Virus record (IMG/VR): IMGVR_UViG_3300046012_000561
Span: 1 to 59,134 of that record
Length of the DNA stretch: 59,134 nucleotides
From: a virus
Lineage: Duplodnaviria > Caudoviricetes
Direction: 5' to 3' (one strand)
Shown here: one piece after another, positions 33,932 to 43,386 of the stretch
Layout: the number at the start of each line of letters is the position of its first letter
Numbering within the stretch: the stretch's first letter is position 1
The notes under the pieces: generated by a model
What the model saw: the letters and a program-made list of their open reading frames with translations, nothing else
Told to the model about the DNA's origin: nothing
Databases searched by the model: none
Made by a program: the position numbers and the translations under genes

Positions 33932-36375
33932 GAGATGACCTTCAGGACTTGCCCGATGAAGTGAGAGACGAAATCGCCCCCCACATGGACGGGGACGGCG
34001 AGAATTCAATCCTGGATTTGCTGAGCCAGGCCATTGCCGCCAAGCGCGACGAAGCCAAGAAAGCGCGCCTGACTTCCGGTATCGAGATGGCCTGGAAGGA
34101 ATGCGAGGAGGCTTACGCGGGGATCGACGACGCCAACCGGGCGGAATTCGCGGGCGCCAACTGGTCCAAGCCGATGGCTTTGCAAGGCCCGGTCACCACC
34201 GGCCGGCGCGATCCCAGTCCCGACGTCAAATCCACGGCTTTCGTTCCTATCACCGCAAGATATGTGGATGCGGGCGCGGCCAAGCTGGGGGAAATCCTTC
34301 TGCCGGCCGACGACAAGGCCTTCAGCTTTACCGAAACCCCCGTTCCCGACCTGATCCGCGGCAAGGAAGATACCCGCCAGGTTCTCCACGACGGGATGGG
34401 CAATGTCCCGCTCACCCGCAACGCCAAGCCGGGCGAGGCCGTTCCTCAGGTGGGCGCTCCCATCCCTGCCGGTGTCGCATCCGCGGCTTTGCCCACATCG
34501 CTTTCAGGCATGATGGCCGCCCAGGCCCAGCCTCCGCAGCCCCAGGACCTTCGGGCTGGTCTTCCTGGCCAACCTGGTCAAGCAGGACCGCCCCAGGTCC
34601 CCCTCACGGTCAAGGACCTGGCCGAAGAAGCCATCGAGTTCGCGCGCAAGAAGGCCAAGAAGGCTGAGACGCGCATCTATGACTGGATGGTGGAGTGCCA
34701 GTACGCCGCTGAAATGCGGAAGGTGATTTTCGATTCCGCCCGTATCGGCGTCGGTGTGCTGAAGGGTCCGTTCCCCAAGGCCGTGCGGAATGTGGCGCTG
34801 TCCACTTCGTCCGCCTCGTCCATCGAAATCGAGATTTCCAACCGGCTGCTGCCCGCCTGCAAATGGGCTGACCCCTGGAATATCTTTCCAGATCCCGCCT
34901 GTGGAGAAAACATCCACGACGGCGACTTCATCTTCGAGCGGGACTTCCTTTCCCCGCGCCAGGTCCGCGACCTGAAGAATGAGCCGGGCTATATCGCTGC
35001 CCAGATCGACAAGGCCCTGGAAGAGGGGCCCCAGGGCAACGTCACCGACACTGAAAGGCCCTCGACCACCACCGACCCCGGCAAGTCCATGAAGGGGCGC
35101 TTCGAGGTCTGGTACTATTACGGCACGATTTCACGGGAGCAGATGGGCTGTGCTTGCAGCGCGGCCGGAAAGCCCCTCAGCACCAAGGAATTGCCGCCGG
35201 ATCGCAACGAAGTCTTTGTCATCGTCACCTTGATCAACGACAAGGCGGTCAGAGCTACCTTCAACCCGCTGGATTCGGGATCGTTCCCCTATCATTCGGT
35301 CCCCTGGCAGAGGCGCGCTGGTTACTGGGCCGGCAAAGGCGTTTCCGAGCAAATCCGCACCGCCCAGCGGATGGTCAATGCCGCCACCCGAGGGATGCTC
35401 AACAACGCGGGCTTCAGCGCCGGTGTTCAGGTGGTCATCGACCGAAGCTGCATTTCCCCGGCGGATAGCGTCTGGATCATCACGCCCAACAAAATCTGGA
35501 ACAAGACCGGGGACAGCCCCGGCGATGACGTCCGCAAGGGCTTCAGCCTCTTCAAGATACCGAACTGCACCCCGCAGCTTATGTCGATTGTGGAATATGC
35601 CCTGAAGCTGGCGGAGGAATCGACCTCGATCCCGCTTATTACCCAGGGACAATCCGGCCCCACCACACCGGACACTTTCGGCGCCGCCCAGTTGCAGAAC
35701 AACAACGCCAACCAGCTTCTGCGCTCCATCGGCTATACCTTCGACGACTTCATCACCGAGCCCGTGGTGCGGCAGTACTACGAATATCTCCTGCTTGATC
35801 CCGATGTCCCCGACGACGAGAAGGGCGACTTCACGATCAACGCGCATGGGTCGGTTGCCCTGGTTGAAAGGGCCATTGCCGACCAGACGATTGCCCAGCT
35901 TCTGCCGCTCTCGCTCAATCCGGCCTACGGCCTGGACCCGAAGCGGGCTATGAAGCAGACGATCAAGTCCAAGCGGCTCGATCCAATGGAATTTGAATTC
36001 ACGCCAGAGGAACAGCAGAAGATCGACAGCCAGCCGCCTCCTCCTCCTCCCGCCGTCGCTGCCGCCCAAGTGCGCGCCGCCTCGGACGAGAAGATCGCCG
36101 CCGAAGACCGGCAACTGGACGAGAAGGAATTGCTGTCCGGCTCGACGGTTGAGCTTCACGCCCTCGACCTGAAGCGGGAACTGGCGATGCTCGATTACGC
36201 AAATCGAAACAACATGAACCTGGACTCCGTGAAATCCGAGCTGGCCAGGACCGCCATGACACTGAAGGCCCAGCAGCAGATGAGCGATGATGGGCGGCAC
36301 AGGGCACCCCAAGTAGCGAATCCTGCCGCCGAACCTCCCGGCCGCGCCCCTAACGGCAAAGCCTTCCAGCAATGA
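33928..36375 (+). CDS. Portal protein (podovirus type)
   Basis: 815 aa after terL; GVGVLKGP, DPWNIFPDP, YWAGKGV..QIR..Q..VN. Confidence 0.88.
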   Translation: MRDDLQDLPDEVRDEIAPHMDGDGENSILDLLSQAIAAKRDEAKKARLTSGIEMAWKECEEAYAGIDDANRAEFAGANWSKPMALQGPVTTGRRDPSPDVKSTAFVPITARYVDAGAAKLGEILLPADDKAFSFTETPVPDLIRGKEDTRQVLHDGMGNVPLTRNAKPGEAVPQVGAPIPAGVASAALPTSLSGMMAAQAQPPQPQDLRAGLPGQPGQAGPPQVPLTVKDLAEEAIEFARKKAKKAETRIYDWMVECQYAAEMRKVIFDSARIGVGVLKGPFPKAVRNVALSTSSASSIEIEISNRLLPACKWADPWNIFPDPACGENIHDGDFIFERDFLSPRQVRDLKNEPGYIAAQIDKALEEGPQGNVTDTERPSTTTDPGKSMKGRFEVWYYYGTISREQMGCACSAAGKPLSTKELPPDRNEVFVIVTLINDKAVRATFNPLDSGSFPYHSVPWQRRAGYWAGKGVSEQIRTAQRMVNAATRGMLNNAGFSAGVQVVIDRSCISPADSVWIITPNKIWNKTGDSPGDDVRKGFSLFKIPNCTPQLMSIVEYALKLAEESTSIPLITQGQSGPTTPDTFGAAQLQNNNANQLLRSIGYTFDDFITEPVVRQYYEYLLLDPDVPDDEKGDFTINAHGSVALVERAIADQTIAQLLPLSLNPAYGLDPKRAMKQTIKSKRLDPMEFEFTPEEQQKIDSQPPPPPPAVAAAQVRAASDEKIAAEDRQLDEKELLSGSTVELHALDLKRELAMLDYANRNNMNLDSVKSELARTAMTLKAQQQMSDDGRHRAPQVANPAAEPPGRAPNGKAFQQ

Positions 36376-36593
36376 CCGACAAAATCTCCGACCCCTTCGT
36401 TCTGTCCCCGGCAGAGCGAGCCAGCCCGCTTTGGCATCGGCTTCTTGAACACCTCGAAACCGAGCTGAAGAACAAGCGCGGCAAGAACGACGGGATCGAC
36501 AACACCGAACAGCAGACCGCGGCCCTTCGCGGTCACATCACATGCCTTCGGGGGCTTATCGCCCTTGGGGATGATCCGCCGCTCGTCGAGTGA
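36372..36593 (+). CDS. Small conserved protein following portal
   Basis: TAALRGHI..LR.LI; position typical of podoviruses. Confidence 0.7.
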   Translation: MTDKISDPFVLSPAERASPLWHRLLEHLETELKNKRGKNDGIDNTEQQTAALRGHITCLRGLIALGDDPPLVE

Positions 36594-36650
36594 CGGAAGG
36601 ACAGTACCGGCCACGGCAACGCGCGTCGGACTTAAGGAGCACACCAGTCA

Positions 36651-37517
36651 ATGAACCCTGAAGATGTGGAAGACGTTGAAGATTCCGCAGCGCTGGACGC
36701 AATGAATTCCGGCTTTGACCAACCCGCCACCCCAGACCCGACGACACCGCCGGCAAAGGAAGTGAAAGGCGGCAAAGCCCCAGAAGTACCGGCCAAGGTG
36801 GAAACACCCCCGGCCACTCCCGCGCCCGAATATGTGCAGATCACCAAGGAGCAGTTCGCGTCCTTCGAGTCCGCCGCCGCCAAGGTGACGGAATTCGGGC
36901 CGAAGCTGGACCGGGCCCTGGGCACATTCGGCAACGTCCAACAGATCGTGAAGGACTTGCAAGCCGCCACCCCCAAGGGAATGGAGATCGAGCTACCGCC
37001 CGATGTCGTTTCCGAAATGGAGGCGGAATTCCCCGAAATCGCTGACCATCTCCGCAAGTCCCTGGCGAAAGCCTTGAAGGGGCTACGCGGAACGGGCGGC
37101 GAAAAGGGTGCGGGCCTGGATCAGGACGCAATCAACAAACTGGTGAGTGAAGGGCGCAGCGCCTACGAAGTCGAAGCGCTGGAAGACGCCCATCCCAAAT
37201 GGCGTGAAATTGTCGGGGCGGTGGATGCGGCGGGAAACCCCGACGCCAACCACCCTTTCAGGAAGTGGCTCGCGGAACAGCCGGCCGAGTATCAGCAAAA
37301 GATCAACTCGACCCACAACGCCGCGATCATCTCCAGGGCCATCGACAAGTTCCAAGCCGCGATCAAGACGCCTCCCGCCAAAGAGCCAAAGCCCCCCGAG
37401 GGCAACTCTCGTCGGGAAGTTCTCCGCGCCGCCGTCCAACCGAAAGGCGACGGTGGCCAATCCCCACCCGCCAACTCAGCCGAAGACCCCTTCCTCGAAG
37501 GGTTCAAGTCGGGCTGA
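36651..37517 (+). CDS. Scaffolding protein (putative)
   Basis: Acidic/Pro-rich; HPKWREIV...FRKWL; directly before the capsid gene. Confidence 0.7.
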   Translation: MNPEDVEDVEDSAALDAMNSGFDQPATPDPTTPPAKEVKGGKAPEVPAKVETPPATPAPEYVQITKEQFASFESAAAKVTEFGPKLDRALGTFGNVQQIVKDLQAATPKGMEIELPPDVVSEMEAEFPEIADHLRKSLAKALKGLRGTGGEKGAGLDQDAINKLVSEGRSAYEVEALEDAHPKWREIVGAVDAAGNPDANHPFRKWLAEQPAEYQQKINSTHNAAIISRAIDKFQAAIKTPPAKEPKPPEGNSRREVLRAAVQPKGDGGQSPPANSAEDPFLEGFKSG

Positions 37518-37557
37518 CGCGGCCTTTTGCGCTTAACCGCGCACACGGAGCACCCCC

Positions 37558-38628
37558 ATGGGTATTCAAACCTTTAGCCTGGACCCCGCGCGAATCGGGA
37601 AGTTCAAGGGCCAAATCCTGAAGCATGCCGTTCCGTTCGAAGTTCTTGGGCGCGCCGGCCGTCAGGTCCAGATGCCCAAGAACAATTCCGACACCTATGT
37701 CGCCCGCCGCTGGCTGCCCTATGGCGCCACCGCCACTACCGCATCGTCCCAGAACCAGTTCTTCCAGAACGCGGACGGTGATCGTGGTCAGGCGATGGTG
37801 CAGGCCAACCAGGCCCAGGAAGGCGTCACCCCGGCGCCGGACAGCATCGCGCCGATCGACATCACCGTGGTGATGCAGCAGTACTCCTGCCTCTACGGCT
37901 TCACCGACAAGACCTACGACCTCTACGAAGACGATATCCCCAAGGCGATGATCGAGCAGGTTGGCGAGCGCGTCACGCTGGTCAACGAGATGATCATCTA
38001 TGGGGCGCTCCGGGCCTGCACGAACCAGTATTTCGGCGGGACGGGCACCACGGTCGCCACGGTCAACGGGGCCATCTCCCTCGGCCTGGTCCGCAAGATC
38101 GCCAAGAACTTGCAGGCCAACCACGGCAAGCCGGTCAACAAGATGCTGAAGGCCGGGGCGAACTTCGACACCAGCGCCGTGGCGGAAGGCTTCACCGTCT
38201 ATTCGCACACCGACCTGGAGCCGGATATTCGCGACCTGCCGAACTTCACCCCGGTTGAGAAATATGCGACCGGCACCGCGATGCCCAACGAGATCGGCAA
38301 GTGCGAGCGGTTCCGCTTCATCACGTCGCCTGATCTGCCGTCCCTGCAGAACGCGGGCGCGGCTGTGGGCGCCACCGGCCTCTACTCCACCACGGGCGCT
38401 CTGATCGACGCCTATCCCTTCATCGTGACGGCCCAGGATGCCTGGTCCCAGATTGCGGTGCGCGGGCTGAAGTCGCTCGACCCCACCTTCCTGCCCCCCG
38501 GCGAGAAGTCCAAGTCCGACCCCCTTGGCCAGCGCGGCTACTGCGGTTCGATCTGGTGGAAGGCCGTCATGATCGAGAATCCCGGCTGGATGGCCGTGGG
38601 TTTCGTCGGCGTCCGGACGCTCTCGTAA
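37558..38628 (+). CDS. Major capsid protein, N4-gp56 family
   Basis: MPKN.S, EGVTP, HTDLEPDIR, EIGKCERFRFI, SDPLGQRG. Confidence 0.9.
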   Translation: MGIQTFSLDPARIGKFKGQILKHAVPFEVLGRAGRQVQMPKNNSDTYVARRWLPYGATATTASSQNQFFQNADGDRGQAMVQANQAQEGVTPAPDSIAPIDITVVMQQYSCLYGFTDKTYDLYEDDIPKAMIEQVGERVTLVNEMIIYGALRACTNQYFGGTGTTVATVNGAISLGLVRKIAKNLQANHGKPVNKMLKAGANFDTSAVAEGFTVYSHTDLEPDIRDLPNFTPVEKYATGTAMPNEIGKCERFRFITSPDLPSLQNAGAAVGATGLYSTTGALIDAYPFIVTAQDAWSQIAVRGLKSLDPTFLPPGEKSKSDPLGQRGYCGSIWWKAVMIENPGWMAVGFVGVRTLS

Positions 38629-38666
38629 CAGGGCGATGGCCTAACCTCTAAGGAAAGGACATCTCC

Positions 38667-39191
38667 ATGTTCCTCTACGACACCCTGGTGCATGGGCTGG
38701 AAGGAATCGCCAATTCCACCACCCAGTACATCATCCGCAATCTGTTCTTCCCGCTCTTTGCTCGCCAGACCTCCCGCGCCCTCAACAGCGCGGGCCTGGT
38801 GATCAAGACGGGGGGCAGCGCCGTCGCCAAGACGGGTTCCGCCGCCTGCTACCTGCTTGCCAATGGCATCCTGCAAAAGATCGCGGCTGCCACGGACATG
38901 CCGGCGCTGTCGGGGACTGTGGCCAACGCCGCCTTCAACGTCTTCTGCTTCTTCATCGACTCCGCGGGGACCGTCACCTCGCAGATCGGGACGGCAGGAG
39001 CCACGCTGGCGGCGGTGCAGTTTCCGCAGTTCGCCGTCAAGCAGGCGTTGGTCGGGTTCATCGTCATCAACCCGACGGGCACCGGCGATTTCGTGGGTGG
39101 CACAACCGCTCTCGACGATGGGACGGTTGTTCCCAACGCGGCCTATGTCAGCGCCATTGGCGGCTTCGACCCCTACTGCCTGCTCGGCTGA
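38667..39191 (+). CDS. Capsid-associated (cement/decoration-like) protein
   Basis: Follows the MCP; similar to the next gene (VGFIVI...FVGGTT). Confidence 0.65.
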   Translation: MFLYDTLVHGLEGIANSTTQYIIRNLFFPLFARQTSRALNSAGLVIKTGGSAVAKTGSAACYLLANGILQKIAAATDMPALSGTVANAAFNVFCFFIDSAGTVTSQIGTAGATLAAVQFPQFAVKQALVGFIVINPTGTGDFVGGTTALDDGTVVPNAAYVSAIGGFDPYCLLG

Positions 39192-39239
39192 TCGCCCTCC
39201 AGGCTTCCCCCTCACCTCTCTTTTGAAAGGACCATCCAG

Positions 39240-39728
39240 ATGGATGTTCAATCCGCCGCTCCTCAGACTCTGTGCCTGAGTTACATCACGCTCGCCGCCG
39301 GTTCGACCTCGACGCTCTCGAATACCGGCACCACCACCTACGGCATCCTGGGCAAGGCCTACACCAAGGCGGCCATGTCCAATGCTACCACGCCCACCAC
39401 GGACGCCGCGACCGGCCTGGCCTTCCTGCCCGTGCCGGCCAACTACGGCTCGATCTTCATGATCGGGTTCAATGCGGCGGCCGCTCTCAAGTGCGTCCAG
39501 GGCACTGTCGTGCCCCTGAACAATCTCGGCGCCTTCATCAATGCCCCGAATTGGGGCGCCGTCCCGAATGACTTCTGCCCGGTGGGCTATGTCGTCATCA
39601 AGGCGGGTGCGACCGCCAGCTCCGCGCCGGGCTGGCTGTTCGGCACCAACGACATGGCCTCGGTGACGGGAATTACTTATACTTTTGGGAATCTGATCGG
39701 TATTACTGGTCGGCCCCAAATCGCGTGA
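39240..39728 (+). CDS. Capsid-associated (cement/decoration-like) protein
   Basis: CPVGYVVIK...WLFGT; followed by a hairpin. Confidence 0.65.
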   Translation: MDVQSAAPQTLCLSYITLAAGSTSTLSNTGTTTYGILGKAYTKAAMSNATTPTTDAATGLAFLPVPANYGSIFMIGFNAAAALKCVQGTVVPLNNLGAFINAPNWGAVPNDFCPVGYVVIKAGATASSAPGWLFGTNDMASVTGITYTFGNLIGITGRPQIA

Positions 39729-39734
39729 AGAAAT

Positions 39735-39769
39735 CGGCGGCGGTGGAGAAATCTGCCGCCGCCGTCTTT
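39735..39769 (+). terminator. Hairpin terminator after the head genes
   Basis: CGGCGGCGGTGGA-GAAA-TCTGCCGCCGCCG then TCTTT. Confidence 0.6.
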
Positions 39770-39809
39770 GCCTCCCCTCAAAATCGAAACCTGAAACCAG
39801 GAGCCTCCC

Positions 39810-40319
39810 ATGGGCCGCCAAGCCGTCAAGCACGTCCACACCGATGACATCAAGATCGACCAGTTGCCGGACACTTCCGCCGACCTGAAGAACCGGGAGC
39901 CGGAAATCATCCAGTGCGATCCCGCCGTCATCGACAAGGATTACATGGCGGAACTGGCCTTCAACGAGGAGCGGGTGACCATCCGCATCGAGCCTTCCTC
40001 CGAGAAGAACGCCCCCACCGCCATCTTCTGCGCCGTCAATGGCAAGGGCTGCGAAATCTGGGACTATCGCCGTGGCCAGTGGGTCGAGAAGCAGTACATC
40101 CCAATCGGCATCGAGGTCACCGTCAAGCGCAAGTATGTGGCCGTCCTCGCCAGCGCCAAGAGCACCAACGTCACCACCAAGCATGACGACATCGGCGCCG
40201 AGATCATCCAGAACCGCGAGACGCGCATTACCAGCGGCCTCTGCACCTTCTCGGTGACGGAAGACAAGAGCCCGAAAGGCCACGCTTGGTTGACCGCGCT
40301 ACGGCAGCGCAACTTCTGA
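39810..40319 (+). CDS. Conserved podovirus late protein
   Basis: LAFNEERVTI, VNG, VKRKYV.VL, KGHAWL. Confidence 0.7.
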   Translation: MGRQAVKHVHTDDIKIDQLPDTSADLKNREPEIIQCDPAVIDKDYMAELAFNEERVTIRIEPSSEKNAPTAIFCAVNGKGCEIWDYRRGQWVEKQYIPIGIEVTVKRKYVAVLASAKSTNVTTKHDDIGAEIIQNRETRITSGLCTFSVTEDKSPKGHAWLTALRQRNF

Positions 40320-40366
40320 TCCCGACCTTCGTGCCCCCCACCGCCATCATCCCAATGGGGTAGCCC

Positions 40367-41080
40367 ATGGATTTCCTTTCCCTGGGACAGCAACTCGTCC
40401 TCCAGTGCGGCATCTCCGGCAGCCTCAGCACCATGCAGAACCAGACCGGCGAATTCGGCCGGGTGGTGAACTGGATCGGGCGGGCCTGGAACGAACTCCA
40501 GACCAAGCACGATGACTGGGACTGGATGCGGTCGAGCAATCTACTCGGGGCTGGCGTCAGTTTTGTCACGGTGGCGGGTCAAGCGGTTTATCCGTTGGGG
40601 GTTGCTCCTGGGAATGTCGGTATTACCGCTGCCGTCTTCGGCAAATGGGACGAGACAACATTCCGGGCCTTCACCACCAGCGTGGGTTTTCAGGACGAAA
40701 CCTTCCTCGATCCCATCGACTATGATGACTGGCGCGACGCCTACATGTACGGGGCGATGCGGACGGTCCAGACAAGGCCTGTTGCGGTCGCGATAGGGCC
40801 GAACAAGTCGGTCTGCCTGGGGCCTCCATCGGACGGTACCTACACTGTCACCGGGGATTATTTCACCGCGCCAACTGCCATGTCGGCCGACAATTCAGAA
40901 CCGACGGGCCTCCCCGCACAATTCCAAATGCTCATCGTCTATAAGGCGATGCAGTATTACGCCGCCTACGAGTCCGCGCCCGAAGTGCAGGCGGCCGGAG
41001 ACGCTGGCTGGAAAACTCTTCTTCCCCAGCTTGAATCCATCCAGGCCGTGCGTGTCGGCTTTGCCGGTGCGCTGGCGTGA
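40367..41080 (+). CDS. Head-tail adaptor / tail tubular protein A-like
   Basis: Position; DWDWM, GPPSD.TY, P.QFQMLIVY.A. Confidence 0.65.
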   Translation: MDFLSLGQQLVLQCGISGSLSTMQNQTGEFGRVVNWIGRAWNELQTKHDDWDWMRSSNLLGAGVSFVTVAGQAVYPLGVAPGNVGITAAVFGKWDETTFRAFTTSVGFQDETFLDPIDYDDWRDAYMYGAMRTVQTRPVAVAIGPNKSVCLGPPSDGTYTVTGDYFTAPTAMSADNSEPTGLPAQFQMLIVYKAMQYYAAYESAPEVQAAGDAGWKTLLPQLESIQAVRVGFAGALA

Positions 41081-43185
41081 GACCTTCCAGCTACGCGCCC
41101 GTCAAGCCCAGCCTGACCAGGCTCGGCGGAGGAGTCACAGGCCAAGGCATTGCCTATCCGGGTGGTCTGGACCAAACCACGCCAAGCCTTTCGCTTCAGC
41201 CTGGGGCGCTTCGCGGCGTCATCAACTTCGAGTGCAGCCAGGCCGGGGGATATGCCCGCATCCAGGGCTATGAGCGTTTCGATGGCCAGCCCGCGCCCAG
41301 TGCGGCTCTCTACACCATCGTCCAGGTCACAGCTTTCACCAATATCCCCGTACTGGGACAGACCCTCACACAGGCCACTTCGGGAGCCACTGGCGAAATC
41401 ATAGCCGTCAACAACGTGGCAGATGCCTATTACGTTGCACTGACCAAGGTCACCGGCGGCTTCGATTACACACATGCGGTATCGGTTGGGGCTACCCCGA
41501 TAGGGAACGCAATCGCCCCCACGGTCTCGATCACCCCTCTGGTCAACGCGCAGTATCTGGCTCTGGCCGCTGATGTGTACCGGGCCGATATTGGAGCGGT
41601 CCCAGGCTCGGGAGACATTCTCGACGTCTTCACGATGGCCTTCAGCAACGTGGATCGGGTCTATGCCTTTCGGGCCAATTCGGGTGGTACCGCGGTCGAT
41701 CTGTACAAGAGTACCGCTCTAGGATGGGTCCAGATTCCGTTCTACGACACGGTGTCCTTCAGCAGCGGGGGAACAGTCATCCCGCTCGACGGCGCGACCC
41801 TGACGCAAAGCGGGGTAACCGCCACGGTCAAGCGGGTCATGACCGCATCGGGAGGTTGGGCCGGATCCGATGCTGCTGGGGCATTTGTCATTACCGCCCC
41901 GGTCGGGGGCAATTTCACCGGCGGGAGTGCAACGCTTTCTGGAGGAGCCGCCGTCACCCTCGACGGCGCGGAAACCGCCATCACCATGCTTCCCGGCGGG
42001 ACATTCGAACACGCCAAGTACAATTTCTCGGGCCAGTCCACCACGCGCCGGGTCTATGGCTGCGATGGGGTGAACAAGGCTTATGAATTCGACGGCGATA
42101 CGCTGGCTCCAATCACCACCAGCTTGAGCCCTGATCAACCTTCACACATCGCCTGCCACAAGAACTTCCTCTTTCTCGCGCAGGACAGCTCGATCATCTA
42201 CAGCGCCGTGGGTCTTCCCTTCTTCTGGGGGACAGGAGCGGGTGAAATAGCTGCGGGCGATATTGTGACAGCGATGATCACGCTCCCCGGCGATCAAAGC
42301 GCGGCAACGCTGTCGGTCTTTGGCCAGGGCAACACCTACATGCTGTATGGGACAGGGCCCAGCGATTTCAACTTCGTCACCTTCAATACCGGGACCGGAG
42401 CACTTCCCCGCAGCGTCCAGAATCTATTCGACACCTTCGTGTTCGACTATCTGGGTGTGCTCACACTTCGGACCTCGCTCAACTTCGGCAACTTCGCGCC
42501 CAACACCCTCACCAAGAACATCCTGCCGTTCATCCTGGCGCAGAGAACCAAACTGGTCTGTTCCAGCATCCAGCGCAGCAAGAGCCAGTATCGCGTCTTC
42601 TTCAGCGATGGGTATGGCCTGTGGCTGACGGCGGTGAACCAGCAATATCTCGGGGCGACGGTCGTCTCGTTTCCAAATCCCGTTTCCTGCTGCGATGAAG
42701 GCGAGACCATTTCCGGAAATGAGGTTTCCTATTTTGGCTCCAGGGATGGGCTTGGTTACATCTACCAGATGGATTCGGGACCATCCTTCGACGGGGCCAA
42801 TCTCGACGCCTATGTGACCCTGGCGTGGGATGCGCTCAAGAGCCCGAGGCTTCTGAAGCGCTTCCGCCGCGCCAGCATCGAAATGCAGGGCACCGGCTAT
42901 GCTGCCATCAACTTCGGCTATCAACTTGGATATGGCTCAGCCGACATCGGCCAACCGAACGACACCTCCTATCCCTCCAACTTCTCAGCGCCCTATTGGG
43001 ATTCCTTCGTCTGGGATGCGTTCGTGTGGGACGGGCAGACCTTGATGCCGACGGATGTTGGCATGACGGGAACTGCGGAAAACGTCCAGGTCACGATCCG
43101 GTCCACCACCAATTACATCGAGGCCTACAATCTGAATTCGCTGATCTACCAGTACAGCGACAGACGCCAGATGCGTTCAGGCTGA
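41077..43185 (+). CDS. Tail tubular protein B / nozzle-like protein
   Basis: 702 aa, beta-rich; GGLD, GGYARIQGYERFDG, KSQYRVFF, WDSFVWDAFVWD. Confidence 0.7.
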   Translation: MRPSSYAPVKPSLTRLGGGVTGQGIAYPGGLDQTTPSLSLQPGALRGVINFECSQAGGYARIQGYERFDGQPAPSAALYTIVQVTAFTNIPVLGQTLTQATSGATGEIIAVNNVADAYYVALTKVTGGFDYTHAVSVGATPIGNAIAPTVSITPLVNAQYLALAADVYRADIGAVPGSGDILDVFTMAFSNVDRVYAFRANSGGTAVDLYKSTALGWVQIPFYDTVSFSSGGTVIPLDGATLTQSGVTATVKRVMTASGGWAGSDAAGAFVITAPVGGNFTGGSATLSGGAAVTLDGAETAITMLPGGTFEHAKYNFSGQSTTRRVYGCDGVNKAYEFDGDTLAPITTSLSPDQPSHIACHKNFLFLAQDSSIIYSAVGLPFFWGTGAGEIAAGDIVTAMITLPGDQSAATLSVFGQGNTYMLYGTGPSDFNFVTFNTGTGALPRSVQNLFDTFVFDYLGVLTLRTSLNFGNFAPNTLTKNILPFILAQRTKLVCSSIQRSKSQYRVFFSDGYGLWLTAVNQQYLGATVVSFPNPVSCCDEGETISGNEVSYFGSRDGLGYIYQMDSGPSFDGANLDAYVTLAWDALKSPRLLKRFRRASIEMQGTGYAAINFGYQLGYGSADIGQPNDTSYPSNFSAPYWDSFVWDAFVWDGQTLMPTDVGMTGTAENVQVTIRSTTNYIEAYNLNSLIYQYSDRRQMRSG

Positions 43186-43385
43186 TGGCCTGCGAACCGC
43201 TCCCGCTGTGGGACCAGATCGAATGGGACAATTTCCAGTTTGATGCGCCGGTGCTTGCGAGCATGGCCTGGGACGAATTCGGCTGGGACGGATTTGTCTG
43301 GGACGACTTCAGCATCGTGCAGCCGGATTGGGACAATTTCTCCTGGGATGGTTTCGCCTGGGACAAAGAACTCGTGAGGTGCTGA
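43185..43385 (+). CDS. 66-aa Trp-Asp repeat peptide
   Basis: ATG overlaps the upstream TGA; three [WF]D triplets with a 20-residue period. Confidence 0.65.
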   Translation: MACEPLPLWDQIEWDNFQFDAPVLASMAWDEFGWDGFVWDDFSIVQPDWDNFSWDGFAWDKELVRC

Positions 43386-43386
43386 A

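Noticed and set aside
38538-40283. 581-aa minus-strand ORF and similar long antisense ORFs (e.g. 35131-36372, 5476-6771, 50432-51541)
   Set aside because: Shadows of GC3-rich genes on the opposite strand, with no motifs
43185-43385. WD40 protein or RiPP precursor
   Set aside because: Spacing is 5 and 20 residues rather than ~40; no radical SAM or other maturase nearby; the motif is explained by the adjacent tail gene
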